A stretch of DNA of 64,000 nt, taken from the IMG/VR virus record IMGVR_UViG_3300010160_000035, positions 1-64,000 of that record; one strand, 5' to 3'. Below are positions 36,139 to 46,996 of this stretch, one piece after another (position 1 is the first letter of the stretch; each line of letters begins with the position of its first letter). The stretch comes from a virus. The position numbers were made by a program, and so were the translations under genes. A model generated the notes under the pieces. It was not told the origin of the DNA, made no database searches, and saw nothing but the letters and a program-made list of their open reading frames with translations.

Positions 36139-36459
36139 ATGATTATGTATGAACCACACCCTAAGGGTATTTTAATTGAGTACAAGGAAGCAACTAAAAC
36201 TTCAACTGGAGTTTACCTTCCTGATGGAATGCAAAATTTTGAATTAGATGATTACAACGGAGATTTAATTATTGCTGTTGGTAAAGATGTTGAACTTTAT
36301 AAGGTAGGAGATACTATTATGTTTTTCCCTCATTCTATTCCTACATCTTTTCAAGGTAAAGATTCTGATGGAGAGAAACACAAGTACCAAATGTTTAGAG
36401 AAGCTGATATCTGCTGTAAATGTATTGTTAATACTATTGAGCCTTCAACAATTTTATAA
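36139..36459 (+). CDS. GroES-like co-chaperonin
   Basis: P...ILIE...KTSTGVYLP (mobile loop)...IIAVG...KVGDTI...READI. Confidence 0.8.
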   Translation: MIMYEPHPKGILIEYKEATKTSTGVYLPDGMQNFELDDYNGDLIIAVGKDVELYKVGDTIMFFPHSIPTSFQGKDSDGEKHKYQMFREADICCKCIVNTIEPSTIL

Positions 36460-36683
36460 TGCTACAGTTAAATCCACCATTATGGTTATACATTCCAGAA
36501 CTCAATGCCTATGGGTTAGCTCACTTTGTTGAGAACCATGGGTTAGAGCATCATTTATATTGGACTGTATTTATGGATAATGGTGAGATTTGGACTTTAC
36601 CTAATGATAGAGTAAGGGCTGGGTATAATAATACTTTAGATAGACATGAAAAGAATAGAGATAATGGCAAGTCAACTCAATGA
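36459..36683 (+). CDS. Conserved phage hypothetical protein
   Basis: MLQLNPPL...G.AH...GEIW...N..VR...N.T. Confidence 0.65.
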   Translation: MLQLNPPLWLYIPELNAYGLAHFVENHGLEHHLYWTVFMDNGEIWTLPNDRVRAGYNNTLDRHEKNRDNGKSTQ

Positions 36684-36855
36684 GTTGTATACTACAGTAA
36701 ATCACTTGCATAGGAATAAGCAACTAACTGAACATATGGATGCAGATATAGAACATGGTGGCAATGTTATCAGGTTTATATATGATAGGAATATGGGAAG
36801 AAAAGGATCTTGGGTAGTCATCACACCTATTAGTGTGGTGTATGATGAAGATTAA
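36646..36855 (+). CDS. Hypothetical protein
   Basis: 69-aa ORF in operon. Confidence 0.5.
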   Translation: MKRIEIMASQLNELYTTVNHLHRNKQLTEHMDADIEHGGNVIRFIYDRNMGRKGSWVVITPISVVYDED

Positions 36856-36885
36856 TTTTGTATTTTTGTTTTAAGATTATAAACA

Positions 36886-37176
36886 ATGATTATAGATCCT
36901 AAGTGTGGATCAAATACTGTGGTGTTTGTTCACAAAGAATTTGATGCAGTAATAGAAAAACTAGGTGTATATACAGAACTTGCTAAGAAATTTATTAAGA
37001 GAAATAAAAGGTATCAGTATATCAAACATGTGGAGAAACTTCCTGATGGTAAATGGGTCCTGGTTTTTAAAGTACTGCCATCTAATCATGAATCTATTAA
37101 GGAATATAATAGGATTGTAGAGGGGAGCAAGAGAGAACTTTGGATTAACTACTTAAACCACTTTATAATAGGATGA
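36886..37176 (+). CDS. Hypothetical protein
   Basis: 96-aa ORF. Confidence 0.55.
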   Translation: MIIDPKCGSNTVVFVHKEFDAVIEKLGVYTELAKKFIKRNKRYQYIKHVEKLPDGKWVLVFKVLPSNHESIKEYNRIVEGSKRELWINYLNHFIIG

Positions 37177-37496
37177 TAATCAAGGCTCTTGAACAACTAT
37201 TTACTTTTAAAGATTCTACCAATGAGAATGGAGAACCCATTACTCTTGAGATTCCTGGAAAGTTTATAGTCAAGAGAGTTGAGATTCAAGAAGTGTTAGA
37301 GTTTTCAGAGATTATTAATGAGAGAACTAACAAGCCATACAAAACTAGATGCCTACTTAGGACTATAGAAGGTTGGTTACCTGTTAAGCATTCTTTTGAG
37401 CAATTAATGGAAATGAAAAATACACCACAAAGAATAACAATAAGAGGATTTTATGCTGCAGCAAGAAGTAGTAAAGGTATTAACAGAAATAAGTAA
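37173..37496 (+). CDS. Hypothetical protein
   Basis: 107-aa ORF. Confidence 0.55.
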   Translation: MIIKALEQLFTFKDSTNENGEPITLEIPGKFIVKRVEIQEVLEFSEIINERTNKPYKTRCLLRTIEGWLPVKHSFEQLMEMKNTPQRITIRGFYAAARSSKGINRNK

Positions 37497-37716
37497 AAGG
37501 CATAATATATCATACAAAGATGCTAAGAGTATCTACTGTGATGTGTTTGTTTTTCTAACAGAAAGATTTAGTAAAATTACTGATAGCAATCCAGAAACTT
37601 GGAATAATAACTGTATTGTCAAAAATTTTGGTAAATTTGTAGTAAATAAAAGCAAATTAAAAAGATATGGAATTAATAAAAAGATTGAGAGACAATCCAA
37701 TGAACTCTCCACTTAA
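37453..37716 (+). CDS. IHF/HU-like DNA-binding protein
   Basis: Helical N-terminus then IVKNFGKFVV. Position before the terminase as in crAss-like phages. Confidence 0.6.
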   Translation: MLQQEVVKVLTEISKRHNISYKDAKSIYCDVFVFLTERFSKITDSNPETWNNNCIVKNFGKFVVNKSKLKRYGINKKIERQSNELST

Positions 37717-38050
37717 GTTTATAGGAAGATTATTTGAACTTAGGGATGCTGCTCATGTAGAGCATTTAAAAACTAGAAGCTTTGCTGCACACAGTGCTTT
37801 AAACACATTCTATGATGAATTACTTGAACTAGCTGATGGCTTTGTGGAAAGCTACCAAGGTAAGTATGGCATTGTTACTATTGATATTAAACACACAAAG
37901 CCAGATAATTTTCTAAGCTACCTTACAGAGTTTGCTAATTATGTAGAAAGCTCAAGAGATGTGTTTAAAGATGAGTGGTTAAGAAACCAAGTTGATGAGA
38001 TTTCTTCATTAACATACTCTACAATTTATAAATTAACTTACCTTAAGTAA
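37667..38050 (+). CDS. Ferritin/Dps-like four-helix protein (DUF5856-like)
   Basis: AHVEHLKT.SFAAHSALNTFYD...DGFVESYQGKYG...LRNQVDEI...YKL..L. The start may be ATG 37700. Confidence 0.75.
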   Translation: MELIKRLRDNPMNSPLKFIGRLFELRDAAHVEHLKTRSFAAHSALNTFYDELLELADGFVESYQGKYGIVTIDIKHTKPDNFLSYLTEFANYVESSRDVFKDEWLRNQVDEISSLTYSTIYKLTYLK

Positions 38051-38571
38051 TGAAGATTTTTGATCTAAAAGATAATGAGATTACTATCTCACCAGAGATC
38101 TTAACTATTGAGTGTTTTGAGACTCTTTGGAAGAGTGACAAAAGTAAAAATAAGATTAATGCTTACAACGACTTTAAGTATATTTACCATTTATGTGATT
38201 TCAACTCTCCATATAATAACTACTCGCAGGAAAAAAGAATTGAAGCAATCAAGGAGGAAGTTGTTGGTAACAAAGAATATGAAGCTTCAGAGCAAGTCCA
38301 GCAGGCTTGTAAGATATACAAAAACTTAAAGGAGACACCTATTGAAAGGTTGTTTAATAGTGTTAAGGATAAGATAGAAGAAATGTCAGACTATTTAAAA
38401 GAGAATACCCTTGATAGTGAATCAGTTACACCAGTATTAAAGATAATGGATTCTATTAGTAAGGTAATCTCACAATACAAGACATTAGAATCAGCAGTTA
38501 AATCTGAAAAGGAAACTACTGCTATTAAGAATAGAGGAGATAAAATTGTAAACACATCTTTTAATGTATGA
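38050..38571 (+). CDS. Putative terminase small subunit
   Basis: 173-aa helical protein coupled to TerL; call is positional. Confidence 0.5.
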   Translation: MKIFDLKDNEITISPEILTIECFETLWKSDKSKNKINAYNDFKYIYHLCDFNSPYNNYSQEKRIEAIKEEVVGNKEYEASEQVQQACKIYKNLKETPIERLFNSVKDKIEEMSDYLKENTLDSESVTPVLKIMDSISKVISQYKTLESAVKSEKETTAIKNRGDKIVNTSFNV

Positions 38572-40610
38572 TATTAAGTAATACAAAAGCATTCCTAGAG
38601 GCTAGAACAGAGTTTGAAACTACGGGATTTTATACTAAAGCTCTTATTGGTACATACCAGTATAATGAGTTTTGGAAAGAGGAAGTAAGAAAGTGTATGG
38701 AAGGTGTAACTATAGGAAATACTACAATACCTGGGACATATTATTTTTACCTGAACTACACTAGGATGCTTTTAAAAGATGAAAAGACTGGAAGAAAGAC
38801 TGAAGGATTTCCTAGGTTCACAGATGTGGATTTAGAATTCTTTACTCTTATTGAACAGGCTAGAAAAGAGAAGAAAGGTTTTATCATGGTTAAGCCAAGA
38901 AGAACTGGATTTTCTTACAAGAATGCTGCACTAGTTGTGCATGAATACAATTTCTTTAGAAATGCCAAATGTATTATCTCTGCTTATGAAAATAAGTACT
39001 CAGATAATACAATGGCTATGACATTAAATAATATTAACTTTCTAGATCAGAATACTGTATGGTATAAACCTAGAAACCCTAATACTCAGGACTATGTGAA
39101 GTCTAGACATCAACAAAAGATGGAAGATGGTAGAGATGTATGGGTAGGTTATCAATCTGATATTAGAAAGATTACATTTAAAGATAACTCATTTGCATCT
39201 GCAGGTATGAGTAGCTCTATTTTTCTATTTGAGGAAGCAGGTATCTTTAGTAATATCATAGAATCATACAATATTTCTGAGCCTTGCTGGAAAGATGGGG
39301 ATGATGTTATTGGTATTCCTATTATTTATGGTACAGGTGGAGATATGGGTGGGGGAACTGCTGCATTTTCTGAAATGTATTATGATCCAGAGAGGTTTAA
39401 TCTGTTAGCATTCCCTAATGAGTGGGAACCTGAGAAAGGAAACCAACAATGTGGGTGGTTTTTACCATCTACTAAGCAAAGGTTTGGGGTTTACACTGAT
39501 AAAGAAAGTAAAAAGACTTTTCCATTAGTAGATTTTGAAGGTAATTCCAATGAAGAGTATGCTCTTAAGTCAATTATGGCTTATAGAGAGACTAAAAAGG
39601 GTAACCCATCAGCTTATAGAGATGCAGTAACTCAATATCCACTTACACCATCAGAAGCATTCTTAGTAACATCAGGAAATATGTTTCCTACTATGTTACT
39701 TAATGAAAGGTTAGCTGATATTAAGGTAAATTCTCAAAAATATGTTGAAAGTAACTGGATTGGTGTAATTGCACCATCAGAAGATGGGGAATTAAGGTTT
39801 AATTCTCTAGATAATGTACATCCACTTAGAGATTATCCAATAAAACGTAGACCTGATGATAGTATAGTAGGATGTATTGAGGTTTATGAACAGCCACAGA
39901 AAGATAGTGATGGTAAAGTGTTTGTTAGAAGGTATGTTGTAGGTATTGACCCCTATGATGATGACTATTCTACTACAGATTCTGTAGGTTGTGCCTTTGT
40001 ATTTGATAGATTTACTAGAAGAATAGTAGCTGAGTACACAGGCAGACCACAATTAGCCAAAGAATTCTATGAAAACTGTAGAAAGTTAATAGTGTACTAC
40101 AATGCTGCAGGATTTCCCGAGATTAATAAGTTAGGTTTTGTTACTTATATGGAACACAGAAAGTGTTTACACATGCTAGCAGAGACTCCAATGCAACTTA
40201 GAGATAAGATTGAATGGAAACCTAATTTAAATACGTCTTATGGCTTTAAAGCAACAGAAAGAACAAATACATGGGGTAGAGAGTTGATTAGAGAGTGGTT
40301 ATTAGAACCAATTGAACCTAACTCAGAAATACTTAATGTAAATAGACTTCGTTCTACAGGTTTAATACAAGAATTGATTAAGTGGAATAAAGATGGTAAT
40401 TTTGATAGAGTATCTTCTTTAATTGCTGTATTGATATTAGATGTAACTTTAAACAAACAAGCAATACAAGCTGAGACAAGAAGTACTAAGAACTTTTTAG
40501 AATCTGACTTTTTTAAAGAAAGAGGGTTTTTAAAACATAATGATGACCCATTTGCTGATAATAGCTATAATGAAAATGGTGCTTTTTTTAACAACATGTT
40601 TGTTAAATAA
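38568..40610 (+). CDS. terL: Terminase large subunit
   Basis: YYFYLNY, KPRRTGFSY, FEEAG, YGTGG, GIDPYD and GNFDRVS. Confidence 0.93.
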   Translation: MILSNTKAFLEARTEFETTGFYTKALIGTYQYNEFWKEEVRKCMEGVTIGNTTIPGTYYFYLNYTRMLLKDEKTGRKTEGFPRFTDVDLEFFTLIEQARKEKKGFIMVKPRRTGFSYKNAALVVHEYNFFRNAKCIISAYENKYSDNTMAMTLNNINFLDQNTVWYKPRNPNTQDYVKSRHQQKMEDGRDVWVGYQSDIRKITFKDNSFASAGMSSSIFLFEEAGIFSNIIESYNISEPCWKDGDDVIGIPIIYGTGGDMGGGTAAFSEMYYDPERFNLLAFPNEWEPEKGNQQCGWFLPSTKQRFGVYTDKESKKTFPLVDFEGNSNEEYALKSIMAYRETKKGNPSAYRDAVTQYPLTPSEAFLVTSGNMFPTMLLNERLADIKVNSQKYVESNWIGVIAPSEDGELRFNSLDNVHPLRDYPIKRRPDDSIVGCIEVYEQPQKDSDGKVFVRRYVVGIDPYDDDYSTTDSVGCAFVFDRFTRRIVAEYTGRPQLAKEFYENCRKLIVYYNAAGFPEINKLGFVTYMEHRKCLHMLAETPMQLRDKIEWKPNLNTSYGFKATERTNTWGRELIREWLLEPIEPNSEILNVNRLRSTGLIQELIKWNKDGNFDRVSSLIAVLILDVTLNKQAIQAETRSTKNFLESDFFKERGFLKHNDDPFADNSYNENGAFFNNMFVK

Positions 40611-40650
40611 CAATTTGTAACTTAAATAAACGTAAATTTGTAACCTTAAT

Positions 40651-43185
40651 ATGAACAATTTAGTAATACAAGTACCAGAACAAGCTTTACCAGATTCCAA
40701 AAAGGATTTAGAATGGGGAATGAGATGTGTAGATGCTGGGGAGAATGTATTGATGTTTGATTCCTCTGTAGTAAGACAGACTTTTTATAATAAAAAAGTT
40801 AACTACAGACTTAGGAACAACATGCTTACAGACAAAGATATACAACAGATTTGTGAGCCTTATGGAGTAGAGTTTTCTGCTGCTCCTAAAAGTATGCAAC
40901 ATATTGGATTAGGTAACTCTAAGATTAACACTTTAGTAGGTGAAGAAGCTAAGAGATTAACTAGATATCCATTTAAAGCTTATATATCATCTGATGACCA
41001 AATGGGTATTTCTTCTAAAGAGGAGGCTGTCAGAGATATGTGGCATCAAAAATTAGTAGATATAGCAAAACAAAAATTAGAATCTTCTGTAGAAGGACAG
41101 CAAGTAGATTCAAAAGCTTTAGAAGAAGAAATGCAGAAAGAGCTTGGTAAATTTGATAAATACCTTAAGTATAGTTATCAAGATTTAAAAGAAATGACTG
41201 CTAATAAGATACTTAAGTATGAGTATAAAAGACTTGATGTATCAGATACTTTCCTAAGATGTTGGGAAGACTTTTTAGTTTGTGGTGAAGAGATAGTATG
41301 TATTGAAGAATTAGGTAATGATTTAGTATTTAGAAAGGTTAATCCTTTGTATTTGTTTACTATACAATCTCCTGAGACTTATAAGATTGAAGATGCAGAT
41401 TGGATTGTAGAATATACAATGATGTCAATAGGTCAAGTAGTAGATTATTATCACACAGAACTTACTAAAGATGAGATAGATACACTAGAGCAAAGCAAAG
41501 AATATAACAGTATGAAAACTGGGGGTATTCAAATGGCTTATAATAGGGATATTACAGTAGAAGAGAGATTTGGATATACAGCAGGGGAATTGTTTGTTCC
41601 CAACCAAATTGCTACACATTATTTTGGGGGTGCCTACGACCAGAGAGGGAACGTCAGAATTATGAGGGTGTGCTGGAAATCAAGAAGAAAGATTGGAAAG
41701 GTAAAGTACTACGATGAAGATGGAAGCCAACAAGAAAAGATAGTAGACGAGTACTACAAGATAGATAAAGAAGCTGGAGAGATAGTAGACTACTTATGGA
41801 TTAATGAGTGGTGGGAAGGAACGAAGATAGCAAACGATATTTATGTAAAGATTAGACCAATCCCTTATCAATCAAGGAGTATGGCTAACTTATCAGAAAG
41901 TAAACCACCTTATGTAGGTATTTACTGTAATACTAATAATTCAAGGGTAATGTCTTTCATGGACAATATTAAACCAATGGATTATTTATACGATATTTAT
42001 TTCCACAGATTAAACCTAGCCTTATCAAAATACAAAGGCCCAATGTTAGGAATCAACGTAAGTATGATTCCATCAGAATGGGATCCTTTGAAGTGGTTGC
42101 AGTATGCAGAAGCAACTAACATTTTATTCTTAGACCCAACTAACGAAGTACTTAAAGGACCAATGCAGGGTAAATCTGCAGGTACTTTTAATCAAATGTC
42201 AGCACAAGGTATTAACCTTGAAATGGGTAACTATATTACACAGCACGTTAACCTTATTGGATTTATTAAATCACAGATGGATTTGATATCTGGAGTTAAT
42301 GAATACAGACAAGGTGATATTAAAGGTGATGCCAATGTAGGTACATCTAACATGGGATGGTCAGCATCTAACTCAATGACTGAAAAGTATTTTGCACTAC
42401 ATAACTCATTTAAAAGAGATTGTATGCAAAGATTATTAGAAGTTGCTAAGTATGTTTGGAAAAACAATCCAAAGAAAGTACAGTATGTAGGTGATGATAT
42501 GATGGTTGAGGTAGTTGATAGTTATGATGAATTCTGTGAATCTGAATACGATATCCATATAGATGATGGTCCAAATACTCAAGAACTTATGCAAGCACTT
42601 AATCAGTTGGCTCATGCAGGTATGCAGACAGGTCAGATTAAGTTTAGAGATCTTATTGAAATCTATAAAAAAGATAGTATATCAAGCTTGGCTAGATATC
42701 TAGAAGAAGCTCAAGATAAAACAGCACAAGAAATGCAAGAAAAAGAACAAGCTGATAGACAGCATGAAAAAGAACTTGCACAACAACAAGCTGAACTTCA
42801 AGCACAAGCATTGCAGCTTGAGTACGCTAAACTTGATAGAGAAGATGTTAATAGACAATTAGATAGAGATAATAAAATCCAAATTGAAACTCTTAAAGCT
42901 ATGGGCTTTGCACAAGACACAGATGTTAATGATAATATGATACCTGATGTATTAGAACAAAGTAAGATTGCTTTACAACAACAAAAGCAAACTTATGAAC
43001 AAATACAAAAAGATAAAGAGCATCAATTAAAATATTCTGTAGAAAGACAAAGGAATGAAATTGAAAAGAAAAAAATAATTGTTAAAGAAAAAGAAATTAC
43101 TTCTAAAAAAGAAACTGAAGAACTTAAAGCAGAGACTGCTTTAAAGATTGCTAAAGAAAATAAGAATAAATATGACAAAAAATAA
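40651..43185 (+). CDS. Portal protein
   Basis: 844 aa directly after TerL. KINTLVGEE, WINEWWEG and a coiled-coil C-terminus, as in crAss-like portals. Confidence 0.88.
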   Translation: MNNLVIQVPEQALPDSKKDLEWGMRCVDAGENVLMFDSSVVRQTFYNKKVNYRLRNNMLTDKDIQQICEPYGVEFSAAPKSMQHIGLGNSKINTLVGEEAKRLTRYPFKAYISSDDQMGISSKEEAVRDMWHQKLVDIAKQKLESSVEGQQVDSKALEEEMQKELGKFDKYLKYSYQDLKEMTANKILKYEYKRLDVSDTFLRCWEDFLVCGEEIVCIEELGNDLVFRKVNPLYLFTIQSPETYKIEDADWIVEYTMMSIGQVVDYYHTELTKDEIDTLEQSKEYNSMKTGGIQMAYNRDITVEERFGYTAGELFVPNQIATHYFGGAYDQRGNVRIMRVCWKSRRKIGKVKYYDEDGSQQEKIVDEYYKIDKEAGEIVDYLWINEWWEGTKIANDIYVKIRPIPYQSRSMANLSESKPPYVGIYCNTNNSRVMSFMDNIKPMDYLYDIYFHRLNLALSKYKGPMLGINVSMIPSEWDPLKWLQYAEATNILFLDPTNEVLKGPMQGKSAGTFNQMSAQGINLEMGNYITQHVNLIGFIKSQMDLISGVNEYRQGDIKGDANVGTSNMGWSASNSMTEKYFALHNSFKRDCMQRLLEVAKYVWKNNPKKVQYVGDDMMVEVVDSYDEFCESEYDIHIDDGPNTQELMQALNQLAHAGMQTGQIKFRDLIEIYKKDSISSLARYLEEAQDKTAQEMQEKEQADRQHEKELAQQQAELQAQALQLEYAKLDREDVNRQLDRDNKIQIETLKAMGFAQDTDVNDNMIPDVLEQSKIALQQQKQTYEQIQKDKEHQLKYSVERQRNEIEKKKIIVKEKEITSKKETEELKAETALKIAKENKNKYDKK

Positions 43186-43257
43186 GCTATATAGGAATAT
43201 CTTGTATAGATGTAAGGTAAGAATTAATAAACATAATTTTGTAAACAAATAAGAAAA

Positions 43258-44451
43258 ATGAAAGTAAATAAGTATTATTCACCTGAATTTGGTGAACCAG
43301 ATGGAGATGGTATCCCTACAATTGATAACTCTTCTGATAAGAATCTTGTAAAAGATGTTTTAGAAGGTGGAGAATTTGATTTTGATACAGAATTGTCTAA
43401 TCTAATTAGTGATTCAGATGATGATGATATTGACCAAGAAAAGAGTATTGAAAAGAAAGCAAAAGATTTTGCTCCTAATGATAGTTCTTTAAAAGATGAT
43501 GATAAAGAAGATGAGCCTTTATATAAAGTTTTAGCTGAACAGTTAAAATCTGAAGGTTTATTTGATGATGAAGATTTTGCATCTGATGATGATTTTGAAT
43601 TTGATGGTTCTCCTGAGAGTTTTAAATATCTAATGGAAAGACGTGACTTTAAAAGAGGTTTAAAAATCTTTGAAGAAGTTGTATCTGAAATGCCAGCTAA
43701 AATGAGAACTCAGTTCCAGCTATTTATGGATGGCTTAGATGAAGATTCAGCATCTGATATTGGTAGTAAATTAGTAGATTATTCTAATGTAACTAAAGAA
43801 GATTTAGAAAATAATCCTGCAAAAGCAGAACAATTGTATAGAGAGCTTCTTAGAACTAAAGGATTTTCTAATGAAAAAATTACTAAGTATGTAGAAAGAG
43901 CAAGAGATTTAGATGAATTAGCTGATGAAGGATTAGAAGCAGCACAATCATTAAATCAAGATGCTCAAAAACAGATTGAATTTAAAAAACAAGAAGAGCA
44001 ATATAATTCTCAAAAAAGACAACATGAAGCTAGTCAAAGACTTCAAGCTCTTAAAGCAGCAATTATAAATACACCTGAGATTTTCAAAGGTGTAGGACTT
44101 ACTGAACAAATGAAAGAAAAGCTATACAAGTCTATGACTGAAACAGTAGCTTATGACGAAAATAAACAACCATTAAATAAAGTAGCAGCCTTGTCAAGAA
44201 AAAATCCTGAAGCATTTAGAATGCAGTTGCATTATCTGACTGAACTTGGTTTATTTAATACAGATGAAAGAGGTAATCTTAAACCTGACTTAACTAAACT
44301 CATGAGATTAGCGGAAACTAAAGTATCAAGATCAATAGATGACAGATTAAAAAAAGCTGCATTTAGATCAGGTTCAAATCTGAGTAATAATATTTCAGAA
44401 AAAGAATCTGATGTATTATCATCACTTGAACATTTCCTTAAAAACAAATAA
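43258..44451 (+). CDS. Putative capsid scaffolding/assembly protein
   Basis: Very acidic N-terminus and helical; lies between portal and MCP. Confidence 0.6.
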   Translation: MKVNKYYSPEFGEPDGDGIPTIDNSSDKNLVKDVLEGGEFDFDTELSNLISDSDDDDIDQEKSIEKKAKDFAPNDSSLKDDDKEDEPLYKVLAEQLKSEGLFDDEDFASDDDFEFDGSPESFKYLMERRDFKRGLKIFEEVVSEMPAKMRTQFQLFMDGLDEDSASDIGSKLVDYSNVTKEDLENNPAKAEQLYRELLRTKGFSNEKITKYVERARDLDELADEGLEAAQSLNQDAQKQIEFKKQEEQYNSQKRQHEASQRLQALKAAIINTPEIFKGVGLTEQMKEKLYKSMTETVAYDENKQPLNKVAALSRKNPEAFRMQLHYLTELGLFNTDERGNLKPDLTKLMRLAETKVSRSIDDRLKKAAFRSGSNLSNNISEKESDVLSSLEHFLKNK

Positions 44452-44458
44452 ATAAATC

Positions 44459-45970
44459 ATGCAATTATTTCAACTCCAAAAATACGCAGCCAAAGACTAT
44501 AATGGTCTAGTAACTGCAAATAACTTGGGAGCTTTATACATGAAGCGACCACAGCTTGTAACTAACACCATTCACCAGATTTTCAGAACTAATTTGAAGA
44601 ATGCGATGTTTGACTTCCTTAATCAATTTCCAGTTGTGGAAGTTGAAGAAAATAACTACTATGAGTGGATGCTCCAAGGTCAACATGATAAAAATATTCC
44701 TTTGTTAGAAGCATATGATGCTACTGGAACTTCTGCTGCTTCAGTAGGTGAACTAGGTGCAGGAGTTGCTGCTTTCTATGTAGTATTTGGTGAAGAGTAT
44801 TTTGAGCCAGATAACATCTTAAAAGGTAACAAAGCAGAATACTTACTTCGTGTAATCTCTGTTAAACCTAAAGGTACTAACTATGAGTATGAAGTAGAAC
44901 TTTTGACATCAGATCCAACACTTTCTGTTCCTGCAGAAGAACTTGAAGCTGGTCAGCGTTGGGCTAAGTTTTTCAACGTAGCACCATCTACACTTTCTAG
45001 TAGAGGTCAGAAGCCTAATTTTACTTCACCATTCAGAATGCGTAACAGAATTACTATGCAGCGTTTTGAGTATGAAGTTCCTGGTAACATGATTAATGAA
45101 GGTAAAAACTACCCATTAGAGTTCTCTTTTCCTGGACTTGATGGTAAGCAAGAAAAAGTTTGGATTAACTACCTTGATATGGTAGCTATGTACCAAGCTG
45201 AAGTTGCTAATGTAGTTATGCACTTTTATGGTCTACACAACTTTACAGAAAAAGATTTGTTCTTGAACAAAGACGCTTCTGGTAAATATCCATTGGAATC
45301 AGGTGCTGGTTTATTTGAGCAAATTGCACCATCTAACATTCACTATTACTCAACTCTTGACTTGGACTTCTTAACTGAAGTATTCTTGGATCTATCTATT
45401 GGTAGAATTGAAATGGGTAACAGAGTTGTTACTTTGTGTACAGGTGAATATGGTATTCGTGATTTTCACAGAGCTGTACTTGCTAAAGGTGGTACTGAAT
45501 TATTGATGTCTACTACTAACAGTGGTCCAGGACGTAGTAATGATACTTCTATCCACAAAGAAAATGGTGGAAAACTTACAGGTATTCCTAAGCCACTTTC
45601 TGCTGGTTTCCAGTTCACTAAGTATTACTCAATCAATGGTATTACATTTGAATTAATGTACTGTCCAATGTTTGATGATAAAGTTCTTTTCCCTGAAACT
45701 CACCCAGAAGGTGGAACTACTGAATCTCGTAGAATGATTGCTATGGATTTTGGTGGTGAATCAGGAATTAAGAGAGTATCTGTAAAAGGTCAACCATCTG
45801 TATTCCGTTATATCCCAGGTATGCGTGATCCATTCACACCTGCAGGAAAAGGTTCTCCTTCAATGGCAGTATCTAGATCTGATGGTTATGAAATTCACAG
45901 AATGATGTGGGGTGGAATGATGATTACTGATCCAACAAAAGTTGTTGACTTCCGTTACAACTTAGTTTAA
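44459..45970 (+). CDS. Major capsid protein
   Basis: 503 aa with high-expression codon usage. FRMRN, GAGLFEQI, TGEYG and CPMFDD. Followed by a terminator. Confidence 0.88.
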   Translation: MQLFQLQKYAAKDYNGLVTANNLGALYMKRPQLVTNTIHQIFRTNLKNAMFDFLNQFPVVEVEENNYYEWMLQGQHDKNIPLLEAYDATGTSAASVGELGAGVAAFYVVFGEEYFEPDNILKGNKAEYLLRVISVKPKGTNYEYEVELLTSDPTLSVPAEELEAGQRWAKFFNVAPSTLSSRGQKPNFTSPFRMRNRITMQRFEYEVPGNMINEGKNYPLEFSFPGLDGKQEKVWINYLDMVAMYQAEVANVVMHFYGLHNFTEKDLFLNKDASGKYPLESGAGLFEQIAPSNIHYYSTLDLDFLTEVFLDLSIGRIEMGNRVVTLCTGEYGIRDFHRAVLAKGGTELLMSTTNSGPGRSNDTSIHKENGGKLTGIPKPLSAGFQFTKYYSINGITFELMYCPMFDDKVLFPETHPEGGTTESRRMIAMDFGGESGIKRVSVKGQPSVFRYIPGMRDPFTPAGKGSPSMAVSRSDGYEIHRMMWGGMMITDPTKVVDFRYNLV

Positions 45971-45980
45971 TAAATAACTA

Positions 45981-46022
45981 TAAAGGAGGGTTGAAATACA
46001 TCCTCCTTTATTTATACCTTTG
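45981..46022 (+). terminator. Terminator after MCP, overlapping a promoter
   Basis: TAAAGGAGG/CCTCCTTTA stem and T-rich tail. TTG lies in the loop and TACCTTTG at 46015. Confidence 0.75.
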
Positions 46023-46036
46023 TAAAAAATAAGAAA

Positions 46037-46996
46037 ATGGACAAGAAAATTAATAAGACAGAAACAACAGCTGCACCACTAGAAAGCTTCTTTATAGATA
46101 AGGTGGTTAAAGTTGTACCAATTGTAAGACCCAATAGTTGGGGACACAAATATCAAATCAGTGAAGATGGTAAAGATAAAACCAATGGTTCTTATCAATT
46201 TAATACTGCACTCACTTATTTGTCAGTACCTGTAAGTAAAAAGACAGGTCTATATATTAGACCACTTGACAACATTAAGAAAGTTAGAACTCCTGAGTTT
46301 CCTGATGATGAAATTACTGAACAAGATTTCTTTGAAAGAATGTTAGGAATGAGTAAAGGTGACCTTGATATTTCTAAGTATAAAACTGATGAAAAAGGTA
46401 ATCGTTTTCCTGATACATTTTGGCAAAGAAGTGGTACAGTTAAATTGAGAAATGAAGCAAACACTTTGGATTTATCTCTTCCAATGGATATGTTAAAATA
46501 TAAAGTATTAATGTTAAACAAGAATGTGGTGGCTCCATCACCTTCTGAAAAAAACAAAAAGCGTACTTACAGATTTATGATAGTAGATCAAGAAGTTGCT
46601 GAGATACAAGAGAAAGAAGAATTAAATGTAAAACTAGAAGCGTATTCTTGGTTTGCAAGAGTTAAAGCAGATATTGAACAACTAAAAGAAATTATGTGGT
46701 TATATGATTCAAGAATTAGTAATACTACAAACTATGATTATGTGTTTGCCTATGTTGGAAAACTCGTTAATGATTCACCTACTCAATTCTTAAAAGTAGT
46801 TAATGATATTAATAAAGATGCAAAACTATTACTAATGAAAGCATTAAAAAATGGTGCATTAGTTTTAACTAAAGAAAAAACTTATCAATTCCTAGATGGT
46901 AAAGATATTGGTCCACAAGTGAATGCAATTAAATTCATTAATGATTCTGAAAACTTTGCTATTGTAGAAAGACTTAAAGAACAATCTGGTGTATGA
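46037..46996 (+). CDS. Conserved crAss-like structural-module protein downstream of MCP
   Basis: LDLSLPMDMLKYKVL motif; syntenic position. Confidence 0.65.
   Translation: MDKKINKTETTAAPLESFFIDKVVKVVPIVRPNSWGHKYQISEDGKDKTNGSYQFNTALTYLSVPVSKKTGLYIRPLDNIKKVRTPEFPDDEITEQDFFERMLGMSKGDLDISKYKTDEKGNRFPDTFWQRSGTVKLRNEANTLDLSLPMDMLKYKVLMLNKNVVAPSPSEKNKKRTYRFMIVDQEVAEIQEKEELNVKLEAYSWFARVKADIEQLKEIMWLYDSRISNTTNYDYVFAYVGKLVNDSPTQFLKVVNDINKDAKLLLMKALKNGALVLTKEKTYQFLDGKDIGPQVNAIKFINDSENFAIVERLKEQSGV

Noticed and set aside
7565-45970. Introns or inteins in RNR, PolA, terminase or MCP
   Set aside because: All are single ORFs of expected length with no intein splice motifs or interruptions.
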